Notes: generated by a model not told the origin, from the letters alone. DNA of 64,000 nt from Gammaproteobacteria bacterium (GCA_017577365.2 PKRJ02000002.1:5921-69920), one strand, 5' to 3'. Counted from the first letter of the stretch, positions 1-10,475 are shown. Made by a program: numbers and translations.

Positions 1-945
1 TCGGCCGAGCTCGCCGATCGTATCGACGACGAGCACACCTTGCGCTCCGGGCGGCTCGGCCCGACCCGCATCGATCTCGGTCTTGCGCACGGCCGCGAAT
101 CCCGCCGCCCTGACGCGTGCGGCCACGCTCTCGGCATCGGCGGGATAGCGAGGCACGAGGATGAGCGCGGCGTTCCGACTCCCGCGAGCGCCGACGAACG
201 CGTCGATCAGCGCCTCGTGCTCGCCGGGATGCAGGCTGCCGCCGATCACGACGAGGCAGTCGTCGCCGTACCGCAGCGTCCGCCGCACCTCGCGGCGCGC
301 CGCGGCGCCTTCGCCGGAGCCCGCGAGATCGTATTTCATGTTGCCGGTCACGTGGATACGTGCGTCCGCGACGCCGAGTCGGCGCAATCGCTCCGCGTGC
401 TCGTCGCTCTGCACCGCGATCAGCCCGAGCCCGCGCAGCACGCGCGGCACGACGACGCTTCGGCGATACGCGCGATAGGAACGCGGCGAAATCTTGCCGT
501 TGAGCACGGCCACCGGCACGCCGCGCCGCTGGGCTTCGAGCAAGAAATTCGGCCAGTACTCCGACTCGACGATCACTATGAGCCGAGGGTCGAGGCGACT
601 CATGAAGCGCCGCACGACGAACGATAGATCGAACGGAAAGAGGATCACGCGGTGGCGGGAGAACGCCTTCCTCGCCGCGGCAAGCCCGGTCGCCGTGTAA
701 GCCGAGATCACGAGCGGCACGCCCGGGCGCTCGCGCTCGAGCCGCTCCACGAGCGGTCGAAGCAACGAGACCTCGCCAGCCGACGAGCCGTGCAGCCAGA
801 TCGATCCCTCGATAGGCTCCCCGAGCCCGGCGCCGAACCTCGCCGGCAGGTCGCGCCAGCCGCCGCTTCGCACCAAGCGGTACACGAGCCACGGCGATGC
901 GACCGCGAGTCCCAGCGAATAGGCGATATCGAGGAGGAAGCGCAT
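1..945 (-). CDS. waaA: 3-deoxy-D-manno-octulosonic acid (Kdo) transferase; 3' end runs off the window
   Basis: Not in the ORF track. Manual translation from ATG 945 gives MRFLLDIAYSLG...IWLHGSSAGEV...FPFD...IVIVESEYWPN...LNGKIS...VTGNMKYD...LILVPRYP...VVDTIGEL, the typical WaaA/KdtA motif series. Confidence 0.9.
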   Translation of the reverse strand, partial: MRFLLDIAYSLGLAVASPWLVYRLVRSGGWRDLPARFGAGLGEPIEGSIWLHGSSAGEVSLLRPLVERLERERPGVPLVISAYTATGLAAARKAFSRHRVILFPFDLSFVVRRFMSRLDPRLIVIVESEYWPNFLLEAQRRGVPVAVLNGKISPRSYRAYRRSVVVPRVLRGLGLIAVQSDEHAERLRRLGVADARIHVTGNMKYDLAGSGEGAAARREVRRTLRYGDDCLVVIGGSLHPGEHEALIDAFVGARGSRNAALILVPRYPADAESVAARVRAAGFAAVRKTEIDAGRAEPPGAQGVLVVDTIGELGR

Positions 946-1030
946 CGGAAGCGTCGGAATTGGCGGGCGTTAGAGTGAATGGCCGCCCATTCTAGCCCGC
1001 CCGACTGGTCCGTGCCGTACGCGCGCGGGA

Positions 1031-2338
1031 TCAGACGGACGCGGGCTGCTCGGCGCCGGCGCTCGCAGCGACGCGGATGGCCTCGCATGACGGGCCGCGC
1101 AGCCACCGTGCGGCGAGATCCGCGCGCATCGAGCGCGCGATGAAGAAACCTTGCGCCGTATCGCAGCCGAGCGACGCGACCGCGCGCAGCGCAGCGTCGC
1201 TGTCGACGCCCTCGGCGACCGCGCTCATGCCGAACGCGCGAGCCAGCTCGACGATGACGCGCACGACTTGCCGATCCTTCTCGTCGATGGCCGCGGTGGA
1301 GACGAAGCGCCGGTCGATCTTCACCTCGGTCGCGGGGATCTCCTTGAGATAAGCGAGCGACGAGTAGCCCCGCCCGAAATCGTCGATCGACAGCCCGACG
1401 CCGAGCTTGCGCACGCGCTCGAGACAGGCCTTGGATGCGGCATCGGCGCAGACGAGGCTCTCCTCCGTCAGCTCGACGGTGAGACCGATACCCGCCGCGC
1501 GCAGCTCGTCGTGCAGCGTGCCGAGGCGGTCGAAGAACAGGGGATGTTTCAGCGCGTGCGGAGCGACGTTGACGGCGAGGGTCAGCGAGCCCTCGTGGCC
1601 GGCCCACGCCGACAGGCTTTCGCGCACCCGCTCGAAGACGAGCCACGTCAACGGGACGATCGCTCCGCAGCGCTCCGCGAGCGGCACGAACATTTCCGGC
1701 GAGACGAACGCCCCCGAACGGGTGCGCCAGCGCGCGAGCGCTTCGAACCCGCGGACTCGAAAATCGGCGAGCTCGATCTTGGGTTGAAAGTGAACCTCGA
1801 TGTCGCGGTGCTGGATTGCGCGCTCGAGATCGCTCTCGAGCTTCCACAGCGCGGCCTGCCGCCGGGTCGAATCAGGGGTGTACATTCCGATCGGCACCTC
1901 GCTCTCGCGCGCTTCGGTCAATGCGAGCTCGGCACGCCGAACGAGGCGCTCGGCGTCCTCGGCATGCGTCGGATACACGGCGACGCCGAGCGTCAGATCG
2001 ACGACGAACTCGTCTTCGTCGATCTTCACGTGCGCCCGCTCGTCCTCGACGAGTTGCGCGGCGGCGTCCATGATCGCCCCGATCGTATCGGCCGGAAGCA
2101 GCGCGATGAATCGTCGATTGCCGAGGCGAATGATCGACGCGCCCGGAGGGAGAACGCGGCGCAGCCCCTCGACGTACCCGCTGCAGAAGCGCGCCGAGAC
2201 GTCGGCGCCGAAGGTCGCGGCGAGGCGGTTGAACGCGTCGAGCTGCCCCAGCAGCAGCCCGGTCAGGCGCCCGGGCGACTGGCGCAGGCACCGTTCGATG
2301 AAGCGCGTACTCGCCTGCCCGTGGCGCAGCTCTGACAT
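1031..2338 (-). CDS. c-di-GMP phosphodiesterase (degenerate GGDEF + EAL domain)
   Basis: HFQPK, FEALARW, VELTE, DDFGRGYSSL, EVKIDR, AEGVD and AQGF motifs are present; the GGDEF position reads RLGNRRF. Confidence 0.88.
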   Translation of the reverse strand: MSELRHGQASTRFIERCLRQSPGRLTGLLLGQLDAFNRLAATFGADVSARFCSGYVEGLRRVLPPGASIIRLGNRRFIALLPADTIGAIMDAAAQLVEDERAHVKIDEDEFVVDLTLGVAVYPTHAEDAERLVRRAELALTEARESEVPIGMYTPDSTRRQAALWKLESDLERAIQHRDIEVHFQPKIELADFRVRGFEALARWRTRSGAFVSPEMFVPLAERCGAIVPLTWLVFERVRESLSAWAGHEGSLTLAVNVAPHALKHPLFFDRLGTLHDELRAAGIGLTVELTEESLVCADAASKACLERVRKLGVGLSIDDFGRGYSSLAYLKEIPATEVKIDRRFVSTAAIDEKDRQVVRVIVELARAFGMSAVAEGVDSDAALRAVASLGCDTAQGFFIARSMRADLAARWLRGPSCEAIRVAASAGAEQPASV

Positions 2339-2478
2339 CGTCGAAGATCCGCTCGCGGCCCGAAAGGCACCGGACGTGCGATTTCATCATCATCGGGCCC
2401 TGTCGGCTGTGAGAGGGGTCACGGCCGTGGCCCGCGAAGGCGTGCATAGTTCCCGCTCGGCGAACTGCGCATGGTGTT

Positions 2479-2748
2479 ATGAGACGCGAGCCCGAGCTTC
2501 GTCATACCGAAACGTATACCGAATCCAACTTTCTTCGGCTCTTCACCGCTCCGTCGCCGGCCTCCGCCGAGCGTATCGTCACGCTCGAGCACTTCCACTA
2601 TCGGCCGGCCGATTCGGGCCGATCGGGGTGGGAGTGCCGCACGATCATCGACAGGGAGCCGATGAGCAAGGAAGACGCGGTATTCATCGCCGAAGCGTTC
2701 GCCCGCGAGCACTCGATTCCCGTGATCTACGAGTGCCACGAGGGCTAG
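2479..2748 (+). CDS. Small hypothetical protein (89 aa)
   Basis: Fills the gap between two minus-strand genes and has normal globular composition, unlike the Arg-rich shadow ORFs. Confidence 0.5.
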   Translation: MRREPELRHTETYTESNFLRLFTAPSPASAERIVTLEHFHYRPADSGRSGWECRTIIDREPMSKEDAVFIAEAFAREHSIPVIYECHEG

Positions 2749-2754
2749 AACGGG

Positions 2755-4452
2755 TCAGCGCAGCGCTTCGATCGCCTGCCGACGCGCCGCTTCGAACTCG
2801 TCCCCCGAACACCACCTCGGCATCTCGTCGCCGTTCGCGACGATCAGCCCGGCCAAGAAACCGAAACGGGCATCCTCGACCATGCCGTCGAAACTCCAGT
2901 CCGGGGTCAGCTCGTCGCTCGTCCGGTGATAATGGTTCTCGTTGTACTCGTCGATTCGCGCTCGGCCCCACCCTTCGGGCCGGCCGATGAACTCGGTCCC
3001 CGTGCGGAAGTAGAATGCCGGAACGCCGATTTTCGCGAAGTTGAACTGATCCGATCTGTAGTAGTAACCCTGATCGACGTCCGGATCGGGCTTGACGACG
3101 CGTCCCTCGTGCTCCGCCACCTGCGCCGCGACCTCGTCGAGGGTGGACTTGCCGAGCCCGACGAAGGTGATGTCCTTCGTCGCACCCCAGATGTTTCCGC
3201 TGTCGTAATTCAAATTGGCGGCGATGCGGCCGGGCGGAACGGTCGGATGCCGCGCGAAATGCGCGGAGCCGAAGAGCCCCTGCTCCTCGGCTCCTGCGAA
3301 GAGCAGCATGATCGAGCGCCGCGGGGGCGCGGGCAGCGCGGCGAACGCTTCGCCGATCTCGAGGACCATCGCGACGCCGCTCGCGTTGTCTCGCGCGCCG
3401 TTGAAGACGGTATCTCCCGAGGCGTCCGCCGCCTTGCCGAGGTGATCGTGGTGCGCGGTATAGATCACGAGCTCGTCTGCGAGCACCGGATCGCTCCCGC
3501 GCAGCACGCCGAGCACGTTCGCCGTCGACGTGCGCTCGAGCTCGTTCTCGAGAGCGATCGACGTCGTCAAGCCGAGCGGGATCGGCTCGAAATCCCGGCG
3601 CCTCGCGCGCTCGACGAGGGCGTCGAGGTCGTAGCCCGCCGCGGCGACGAGCCGCCGAGCCGCGGCCTCGGTCACCCAGGCTTCGATCTCGACGCGCGGC
3701 TCGCCGACCGCCGGCAGCTCGTATTGCGTGCCCGTCCAAGAGCTTTGCACGACTTCCCACGGATACCCGGCCGACGGCGTCGTATGAACGATGATCGCCC
3801 CGGCGGCGCCCTGTCGCGCCGCGCTTTCGTATTTGTACGTCCACCGGCCGTAGTAGAGGCGCGCGGGTCCCGCGAACAGCTCCGGATCCCAATCCGGATC
3901 GTTGTTGAGCATCAGCAGGACCTTGCCTCGAAGATCCGCATCCTTGAAATCGTTCCACTCGTGCTCGGGCGCGACGATGCCGTAGCCGACGAACACGACC
4001 TCGGCAGCGTCGATCGCGGCACGCTCGCGCTGAACCCCGCTCGATGCAATGAAGTCTCGACCCTGTGAAAGGTCGACGCGCCGCTCGCCGCGAGCGAACG
4101 ACCACTTCTCCGGATGAGACGCCGTGATGCCGACGAGATCGAACGACTGTCGCCAGCTGCCGTCGGGCATGCCGGGCTCGAAGCCGAGACGCTCGAGCTC
4201 TTGCTCCAAGAAGCGCAGCGTCAGCTCGTCTCCGCGGGTTCCCGGCGCACGTCCCTCGTAGCGATCGCTCGACAGCTCGGCCACTATGCGCTCGAGGTCC
4301 GTCGCGTCGATCGCCTCGGCCGCCCTTTCGGCGTCGGCGCCGAGCGGCGTGCGCGGCTGGCCGCTTGCGGCAGCGGCGAGCAGGCCCGCGAGAGCCGCGC
4401 CGCTGAGCGTCATGACGATCGCCGCGACGCCGCTGAAGCGGATTTTGCTCAT
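2755..4452 (-). CDS. Secreted M28 family metallopeptidase with PA domain
   Basis: Signal peptide from MSKIRFSG; YEGRAPG, YYGRWTYKYE, TAHHDHLG, GARDNASG, AEEQGL, YRSDQ and YH motifs. The start is trimmed from the 859-aa track ORF. Confidence 0.9.
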   Translation of the reverse strand: MSKIRFSGVAAIVMTLSGAALAGLLAAAASGQPRTPLGADAERAAEAIDATDLERIVAELSSDRYEGRAPGTRGDELTLRFLEQELERLGFEPGMPDGSWRQSFDLVGITASHPEKWSFARGERRVDLSQGRDFIASSGVQRERAAIDAAEVVFVGYGIVAPEHEWNDFKDADLRGKVLLMLNNDPDWDPELFAGPARLYYGRWTYKYESAARQGAAGAIIVHTTPSAGYPWEVVQSSWTGTQYELPAVGEPRVEIEAWVTEAAARRLVAAAGYDLDALVERARRRDFEPIPLGLTTSIALENELERTSTANVLGVLRGSDPVLADELVIYTAHHDHLGKAADASGDTVFNGARDNASGVAMVLEIGEAFAALPAPPRRSIMLLFAGAEEQGLFGSAHFARHPTVPPGRIAANLNYDSGNIWGATKDITFVGLGKSTLDEVAAQVAEHEGRVVKPDPDVDQGYYYRSDQFNFAKIGVPAFYFRTGTEFIGRPEGWGRARIDEYNENHYHRTSDELTPDWSFDGMVEDARFGFLAGLIVANGDEMPRWCSGDEFEAARRQAIEALR

Positions 4453-4492
4453 CGGCGAGCTCCGACACGTCGGACATGCGTGGTTCGCCGGG

Positions 4493-4508
4493 TGCAAGTC
4501 GTATGCCA
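4493..4508 (-). promoter_or_regulatory. sigma54 (RpoN) -24/-12 promoter of the M28 peptidase gene
   Basis: The minus strand reads TGGCAT-ACGAC-TTGCA, 40 bp upstream of the ATG. Confidence 0.7.
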
Positions 4509-4526
4509 CGGCTCTCGCGCGCGGCG

Positions 4527-7500
4527 TCACGGCACCGGCCGCTCCGTTCGAGGAGAATCGTCGGATGCCGAGCGCTTCGAGCTCGCGAGAAGTCGGCGCA
4601 ACGCCGCGAGGTCGACGGGTTTGACCAGATGGTCGTCGAAGCCCACGTCGCGGGCGCGGCTCACGTCTTCCTGACGCCCCCACCCTGTCAACGCGACGAG
4701 CATCGTCGCACGCGTGGGAAACTCCGCGCGCAGCCGCCTCGCGACCTCGTATCCGCTCATGCCCGGCAGACCGATATCGAGCAGCACGACGTCGGGCTCG
4801 AAGCGCGCGTAAGCCGCGAGCGCCTGCGGCCCCGTCGTCGCGACGCGAACCTCCGCGCCGTTCGCTTCGAGCAGCATGCGCAGCGTCTCGGCGGTGTCCT
4901 CGTGATCCTCGACGAGGAGAACTCGACTGCCCGCGATCGAATCGGCGGCGGGCGGCTCGTCCCGCTCGCCTTCGTCGGGCGGCGGCGCGATCGGTAGCCG
5001 AACGACGAACGTGCTCCCCTTCCCCTCGCCTTCGCTGCGCGCCTCGATCGTCCCGCCGTGCATCTCCGCGAGCTGCTTCGCGAGCGCGAGGCCGATGCCG
5101 AGCCCGGAGACGCCGGATTTCTCCGCGCCGCCGACCCGGCTGAAAATCGTGAACAGCCGCGGCAGCGCATCGGGGTCGATCCCGATACCGGTGTCCGTGA
5201 CGGCGATCTCCACCTTGTCGTCGACGCGCCTCGCGACGACGCTGATCCGCCCCGGCTCGCGCGTATAGCGTGCCGCGTTGTTCAACAGGTTCGTGAAGAT
5301 CTGCACGAGCCGCATCGGGTCGCCGTCGAGCCATAGCGGCTCTTCCGGCAGGCTCGTCACGAGCTCGTGGCCCGCCGCTTCGATCAGCGAGCGGGTCGTC
5401 TCGATCGCGTCGTCGAGCACGTCGGCGAGCGCGACTCGTTGCCGGCGTATTTCGTACGTGCCGAGCCGGATCCGCGACGTCTCGTACAAATCGTTCGCCA
5501 AGCGAACGAGATGCTCGATCTGGCGGTCGATGATGTCGACGATCGTCGCGGGTGCCGCGCCGGTCGTGCCCCGGAGCAGGTCGACACTGCTCCGGAGCGA
5601 CGCGAGCGGATTTCTGAGCTCGTGCGCGAGCGTCGCGAGGAACTCGTCCTTGTGCCGGTCGGCCTCGCGCAGCGCCTGCTCGAGGCGCTTGTGCTCGGTG
5701 ATGTCCGTCAGCGTGACCAGCACTCGACCGGGCGATACGGCCTCGGGCGATCCGACGATCGTCATCGAGAGATCACGGCGCTCGCCGTCCAGCGTGCACG
5801 CGACGGTATCGGTTCGCGTAAGCGGCTGCCTCGTCGCGACGGCGACGAGCTTGTCGACGAAGGCCTGCCAGGTCTCCGGAAGAAAGATGCGCTTCAGCGA
5901 TTCGGCCAGCTCCCGCTTGTCGCGCGCGCCGAAGAGCCGCACCGTCGCCTCGTTGACGTCGGTCACGCGGATCGCGTCGCGCGCGCGGCGAAGAAACTCG
6001 GGACGCCGCTCGAGATAACTCTTGAGCTCCTCCGGTCCGTCCGCGCCGATCTCGTCGAGGATCGGCAAGGCGTCGGTGAAATCTTCCTCCCAGATCGAAA
6101 CGTCGACGCTATCGAAGATATGCCGGTAGCGCGACTCACTCTCCTCGAGCGCCGCGCGTTTGCGCACGAGCTCCGTGACGTCGCTCGCGACGATCACGAT
6201 CCGCGCGCCGTCGCCGACGTCGTCGAGACGCGCTCCGACGAACGTGAACCACGTGTCCTCGAGGCGCCCGCCGCGCTCGAGTCTCACGGCAACCTCGTGC
6301 CCGACCTCGGGCTCGCCGGTCTCGAGCACGTGCCGAAGCCGATCGGCGTATACGGCGAGCTCCGGCAGAGCGTCGAGCAGCGGCTTCCCGACGACGGCGC
6401 GGCCGCCCGATACGGCGATAGCGGCGGCGTTCGCCATTTCGACCTCGTAGGTGTCGCCGCGTACGACGACGATCGGAATCGGCGCATGCTCGATCAGCCT
6501 CGCGAGATCCGCGCAGCGCTGCTCGAGCCGCCGGCGGACGCGTTCGAGCGTGTGCTCGCGTCTCACCTGATCCTCGCGAGCGCGCGCGAGCGCTACGCCG
6601 GTTCCGATCCGTTCGGCGGCCGACTCCACGAAATCGAGGTAGTCGTCGTCGGCCTCGAGCCTCGGGCTCAAGCCCGCGATCAGGTATCCGTTGACGTCGC
6701 CCGACCGCGCGACCAGCGGACAGACGAGCGCATCGGACCAGCGTATCGGCGCTTTGAGGTCGGCCGCGTGCGCGAGCGGCCACGGCGCGTTCGCCGCGGC
6801 CGGCTCGATGATCGCCGGGACGCGAGGGTCTTCCGACACGATACCGGCGGTGCCGGCGAGCCGCGCAAGGCCGCCGACGCCGTCGGTCCGGTAGAGGATC
6901 GCGTAACGCAAGTCCGCCGGGTTCCGCTCGAGCGATGCGACCGCGGCCGCCCACGCTTCGTCCTCGTCCGCCGCTCGTGCCATCCGAGCGTCGAGCTCGT
7001 CCAGCGTCTCGCGCCGCCTGGCCGCCTGAACTTTCACGGTCGTATCGACCGCCGAGCACAGCACGCCGACCACCGCGCCGCCGCGCAGTAGCGGACTCGC
7101 AACGATCTCGAAATAGCGCTCCTCGATCGCGCTGCCCGAATCGAGCATCAGCAATCGGTCCGACAGGCAGCGCGGGCAGCCCGACAGCATGACGTTCTCG
7201 ACCGCCGCACCCACCGTCTCCCAAAGGTCGACGCGGGCCTCGCGGGCCCGTTTGCCGAAAGCGTCGGGGTGGGCTTTGCCGAGCAGCGGAATCGCGGCGT
7301 CGTTGTAGATCAACAGCGATTCAGGGCCCCACACGAGCCACATCGGTCGCGGCGCGTCCAAGCAGACGTTCGCCACGCCGAGCAGCTCGAGCGGCCAATC
7401 GCGCGGAGAGCCAAGCGCGCTTCGAGTCTCGCTCCGCAGCAGCTCGCGGATCTCACCCCGACCCGAGAGCAACTTTCGCACGAGCTCGTCGGGACGGAAC

Positions 7501-7583
7501 CCGGCGACTGCGTCTCGACCATCGTCGGAGCGACTTCCCGACCTCGCCAGCAACGCGCGCGCACCGGCAAATAATTTTTGCAT
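4527..7583 (-). CDS. Cytoplasmic hybrid sensor histidine kinase (PAS/GAF-like, HisKA, HATPase, REC)
   Basis: FLATLAHELRNPL H-box, NLLNNAARYT, DTGIGI, GLGIGL and a C-terminal receiver (LLVED, LLDIGLPGMSG, HLVKP). Confidence 0.92.
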   Translation of the reverse strand: MQKLFAGARALLARSGSRSDDGRDAVAGFRPDELVRKLLSGRGEIRELLRSETRSALGSPRDWPLELLGVANVCLDAPRPMWLVWGPESLLIYNDAAIPLLGKAHPDAFGKRAREARVDLWETVGAAVENVMLSGCPRCLSDRLLMLDSGSAIEERYFEIVASPLLRGGAVVGVLCSAVDTTVKVQAARRRETLDELDARMARAADEDEAWAAAVASLERNPADLRYAILYRTDGVGGLARLAGTAGIVSEDPRVPAIIEPAAANAPWPLAHAADLKAPIRWSDALVCPLVARSGDVNGYLIAGLSPRLEADDDYLDFVESAAERIGTGVALARAREDQVRREHTLERVRRRLEQRCADLARLIEHAPIPIVVVRGDTYEVEMANAAAIAVSGGRAVVGKPLLDALPELAVYADRLRHVLETGEPEVGHEVAVRLERGGRLEDTWFTFVGARLDDVGDGARIVIVASDVTELVRKRAALEESESRYRHIFDSVDVSIWEEDFTDALPILDEIGADGPEELKSYLERRPEFLRRARDAIRVTDVNEATVRLFGARDKRELAESLKRIFLPETWQAFVDKLVAVATRQPLTRTDTVACTLDGERRDLSMTIVGSPEAVSPGRVLVTLTDITEHKRLEQALREADRHKDEFLATLAHELRNPLASLRSSVDLLRGTTGAAPATIVDIIDRQIEHLVRLANDLYETSRIRLGTYEIRRQRVALADVLDDAIETTRSLIEAAGHELVTSLPEEPLWLDGDPMRLVQIFTNLLNNAARYTREPGRISVVARRVDDKVEIAVTDTGIGIDPDALPRLFTIFSRVGGAEKSGVSGLGIGLALAKQLAEMHGGTIEARSEGEGKGSTFVVRLPIAPPPDEGERDEPPAADSIAGSRVLLVEDHEDTAETLRMLLEANGAEVRVATTGPQALAAYARFEPDVVLLDIGLPGMSGYEVARRLRAEFPTRATMLVALTGWGRQEDVSRARDVGFDDHLVKPVDLAALRRLLASSKRSASDDSPRTERPVP

Positions 7584-7650
7584 CGTACAATAATACGCAA
7601 TACGGAAGCTTCTAGGGCGCGGCCCGGCGCGCGGCAGCGTCACGCAATCG

Positions 7651-10191
7651 TCATCCGCCTGCACGAGCGAGCAATGCGACCGGGAATCGCCGCAGAACAT
7701 CCGCGATCCCTACTTCCCCCCCTTCAACCGCCTCTCCAGTCAGCACGTTGCGCCAAATACCCGCGGGCAGGTCGAGCGTGGTGTCCCGCCATTCGCCCGC
7801 GAGCTTCAACGGCCAGCGCGGCGCGAGCGCGACGATCTCGTCGCCGCGCTCGAAGGCCACTACATGCTTTTTCTTCGAGCCGGCCGCGCGGAGCGGCCGA
7901 TACGCGCCGTCGGCGAATGCGTTCTCGTGATCTCGTCGAGCCTCGAGCCCTCGTCGAATCAACCAGAGCTTGGGCAATCCTTCGTCGGCGCGAGCGACGA
8001 TCGATTGGAGCGACAGATGATCCAGCTCGTCGAGAAGCCGCCTGCGAAGCTCGTAGTCGACGGGCCGCCGGTTGTCCGGGTCGACGAGAGAAAGATCCCA
8101 GAGCTCGGTGCCGCGGTAGAAGTCGGGCACACCCGGGCACGCGAGCTTGAGGAGCGTCAACGCGAGCGAGTTCGTGCGCCCCGCCGGGACGAGCGGCCCG
8201 ACGAAGCGCTCGAGATCGGCGACGAACTCGCGGTCGGACATGACGGCATCGACGAAATCGGCGAGGGCTTCCTCGTACTCCGCGTTCGGACGATTCCACG
8301 TCGTGTATAGCCTCGCCTCGCGAGCGGCCTTCAGCATATACGCCTTCGTGCGCGCGGGATCGATCGGCCACGCTCCGACCAGCGTCTGGTAGAGCAGGTA
8401 TTCCGCGTTGCGATCGGGCAACTCCGCGCGCCTGTAGCGCTCGTTGCGTGCGATCCAGCGCCGCACGGTCTCGGCCCAGCGTTGCGGAATCTCCGAAAGG
8501 AGCACGAGCCGCATGCGGACGTCCTCTGAGCGTTTCGTGTCGTGGGTCGACGTCGCGAGCAAAGTGCGCGGCCGGCTCGCGGCGATACGCGCGGCCCACG
8601 CGTGGAACTCGTCGACGTCGGAACCGAAGCGGTCCGCGGCGCCGCCGACCTCGTTCAGCGCGACGAGCCGGTTGTAGCGATAGAACGCCGTGTCCTCGAC
8701 CCCCTTCGCCATCGCCGGGCCGGTAAGCTGCTGGAAGCGCATGGCGAACTCGGCTTCGAGCATGCCGTCCATTTCGAGCAGCAGGATGTCGCGCAAGAAA
8801 TCGAGCAGGTCGCAATCGACGTCGGCGCGGTTTCGCTTCGCGCGCTCGATCGCTTGCTCGATGTGACGCGCGTCGTCCGGCGAAACGCGTTCCGCGGCCG
8901 GTCGGACATAGGTCCGATACACGGGGAAGCACGCGATCGTCTCTTTCAGCGCCTCGCGCAGCTCTTCGCGCGTGTAGTCCCGGTAGCGCCGATGCCGCGC
9001 CGTGATCTCCTCGAGCAAGCTCGTCAGCCGGTTCACGTCGCTGCCGAGCAGGTCGTGCAGCACCGCATGCTTCGTCTCGCGCACGAGCGACGCGTAGTCG
9101 TCGTCCCCGCCCGCCGCCTCTCGATAAAGCTCGGTCAACGGCCGTTCGCCGTGCGGATCTACGAACAACGATCCGGCGGCGTGGATGAACTCGTAGCCGG
9201 TGGTGCCCGCGACCGGCCAATCGTCCGGCAGCTCCTCGCCGGGCTCGAGGATCTTCTCGACGAGCTTCCATGCGCCGGGGCAAGCCTCGTGCAGCCGCTC
9301 GAGATACTCGAGCGGATCGTACAGCCCGTCGATATGGTCGATGCGAACGCCGTCCAGGACGCCGGAGCGCAGCCATTCGAGCACACGAACGTGGAGGTCG
9401 CGAAAGACTTCCTCGCGCTCGGTCCGCATGCCGATCAGCGTGTCGATATTGAAGAACCGCCGGTAGCCGAGCTCCCGGCTCGCGATTCGCCAGTACGCGA
9501 GCCGATAGTGTTGCCGGTCTATCACCGCGTCGAGCATATCGGGGTGCCGGTTCGCCGCTTCGATCGCGCGCTCGACGGCATCGGGTGCGTCCGGGTCGAT
9601 GCCGGTCATACCGAGCAACACGTCGACCGAGCCCGGCGCAGTCGGGAACAGATGATCGTGGTAGCGCACACGCAACGCGCCGTCCGACCGCTCGAGCCGG
9701 ATATTCCCCGCCTCGAGCTCGCGTCCGTAATGGTCGCCGAGCACCGGCAACAGCACCACGTTCTGGCCTCGCTCGTCCTCGGCGGCCCAGTCGACGTCGA
9801 AGTAGCGGGCGTAGCGGCTCGCGGGACCGTGCTCGAGCACGTCCCACCACCACGGGTTCTCGCGCACGATCGCCGTATGGTTCGGCACGATATCGAGCAG
9901 CTGTCCGAGGCCGTGCTCGGCCAGCGCGGCGCTCAACCTCGCGTGCGCTCCCTCGCCCCCGAGCTCGTCGTTGACCCGCGTCGGGTCGGCGACGTCGTAG
10001 CCGTGCTCGCTACCGGGCGCGGCCTGCATGTATGGAGAACAATAGAGATGACTGATGCCGAGGTTCGCGAGATAGGACGTGAGCGCCGCCGCGTCGACGA
10101 GGTCGAAATCGGCGTTGAGCTGCACCCGATAGGTCGCGACGGGCCGCACCGCCGGTATGCGGCCCCTGTGCTCGACGCGCGACAAGCTCAT
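7651..10191 (-). CDS. treY: Malto-oligosyltrehalose synthase (GH13)
   Basis: ATYRVQL, GSEHGYDV, DIVPNH, YRRFF, GVRIDHIDGL, VEKIL, STHDTKRSED and LVDPDNRRPVD motifs. Confidence 0.95.
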   Translation of the reverse strand: MSLSRVEHRGRIPAVRPVATYRVQLNADFDLVDAAALTSYLANLGISHLYCSPYMQAAPGSEHGYDVADPTRVNDELGGEGAHARLSAALAEHGLGQLLDIVPNHTAIVRENPWWWDVLEHGPASRYARYFDVDWAAEDERGQNVVLLPVLGDHYGRELEAGNIRLERSDGALRVRYHDHLFPTAPGSVDVLLGMTGIDPDAPDAVERAIEAANRHPDMLDAVIDRQHYRLAYWRIASRELGYRRFFNIDTLIGMRTEREEVFRDLHVRVLEWLRSGVLDGVRIDHIDGLYDPLEYLERLHEACPGAWKLVEKILEPGEELPDDWPVAGTTGYEFIHAAGSLFVDPHGERPLTELYREAAGGDDDYASLVRETKHAVLHDLLGSDVNRLTSLLEEITARHRRYRDYTREELREALKETIACFPVYRTYVRPAAERVSPDDARHIEQAIERAKRNRADVDCDLLDFLRDILLLEMDGMLEAEFAMRFQQLTGPAMAKGVEDTAFYRYNRLVALNEVGGAADRFGSDVDEFHAWAARIAASRPRTLLATSTHDTKRSEDVRMRLVLLSEIPQRWAETVRRWIARNERYRRAELPDRNAEYLLYQTLVGAWPIDPARTKAYMLKAAREARLYTTWNRPNAEYEEALADFVDAVMSDREFVADLERFVGPLVPAGRTNSLALTLLKLACPGVPDFYRGTELWDLSLVDPDNRRPVDYELRRRLLDELDHLSLQSIVARADEGLPKLWLIRRGLEARRDHENAFADGAYRPLRAAGSKKKHVVAFERGDEIVALAPRWPLKLAGEWRDTTLDLPAGIWRNVLTGEAVEGGEVGIADVLRRFPVALLARAGG

Positions 10192-10366
10192 GGCTTCGCC
10201 TCCGCCGGCGCGAGCCGGAGTCGAGAGCGTGAATTCTCGATTTCGCAATCGAAACCAAAACCCGAATCACCGACGGGACGGAGCCGTGACGCCGCGTTCG
10301 TGGCGTCGTCGCTCGGAAACATAGCTCTTGAACGCAAGAACGGACGGGAGCGCCGATGTACGATTT

Positions 10367-10382
10367 TGCAATCGTCATGCCA
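10367..10382 (-). promoter_or_regulatory. sigma54 promoter upstream of treY
   Basis: The minus strand reads TGGCAT-GACGA-TTGCA in the intergenic region. Confidence 0.7.
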
Positions 10383-10475
10383 TGACGAAGCCCGCCCCCG
10401 TCGCGCGGAGAAGAAGGTTGCGTCTCGCGAAGTTTCGTCGCGCCGCCGCGCCTCGCGGTTGCCGGGGTATGGCGG

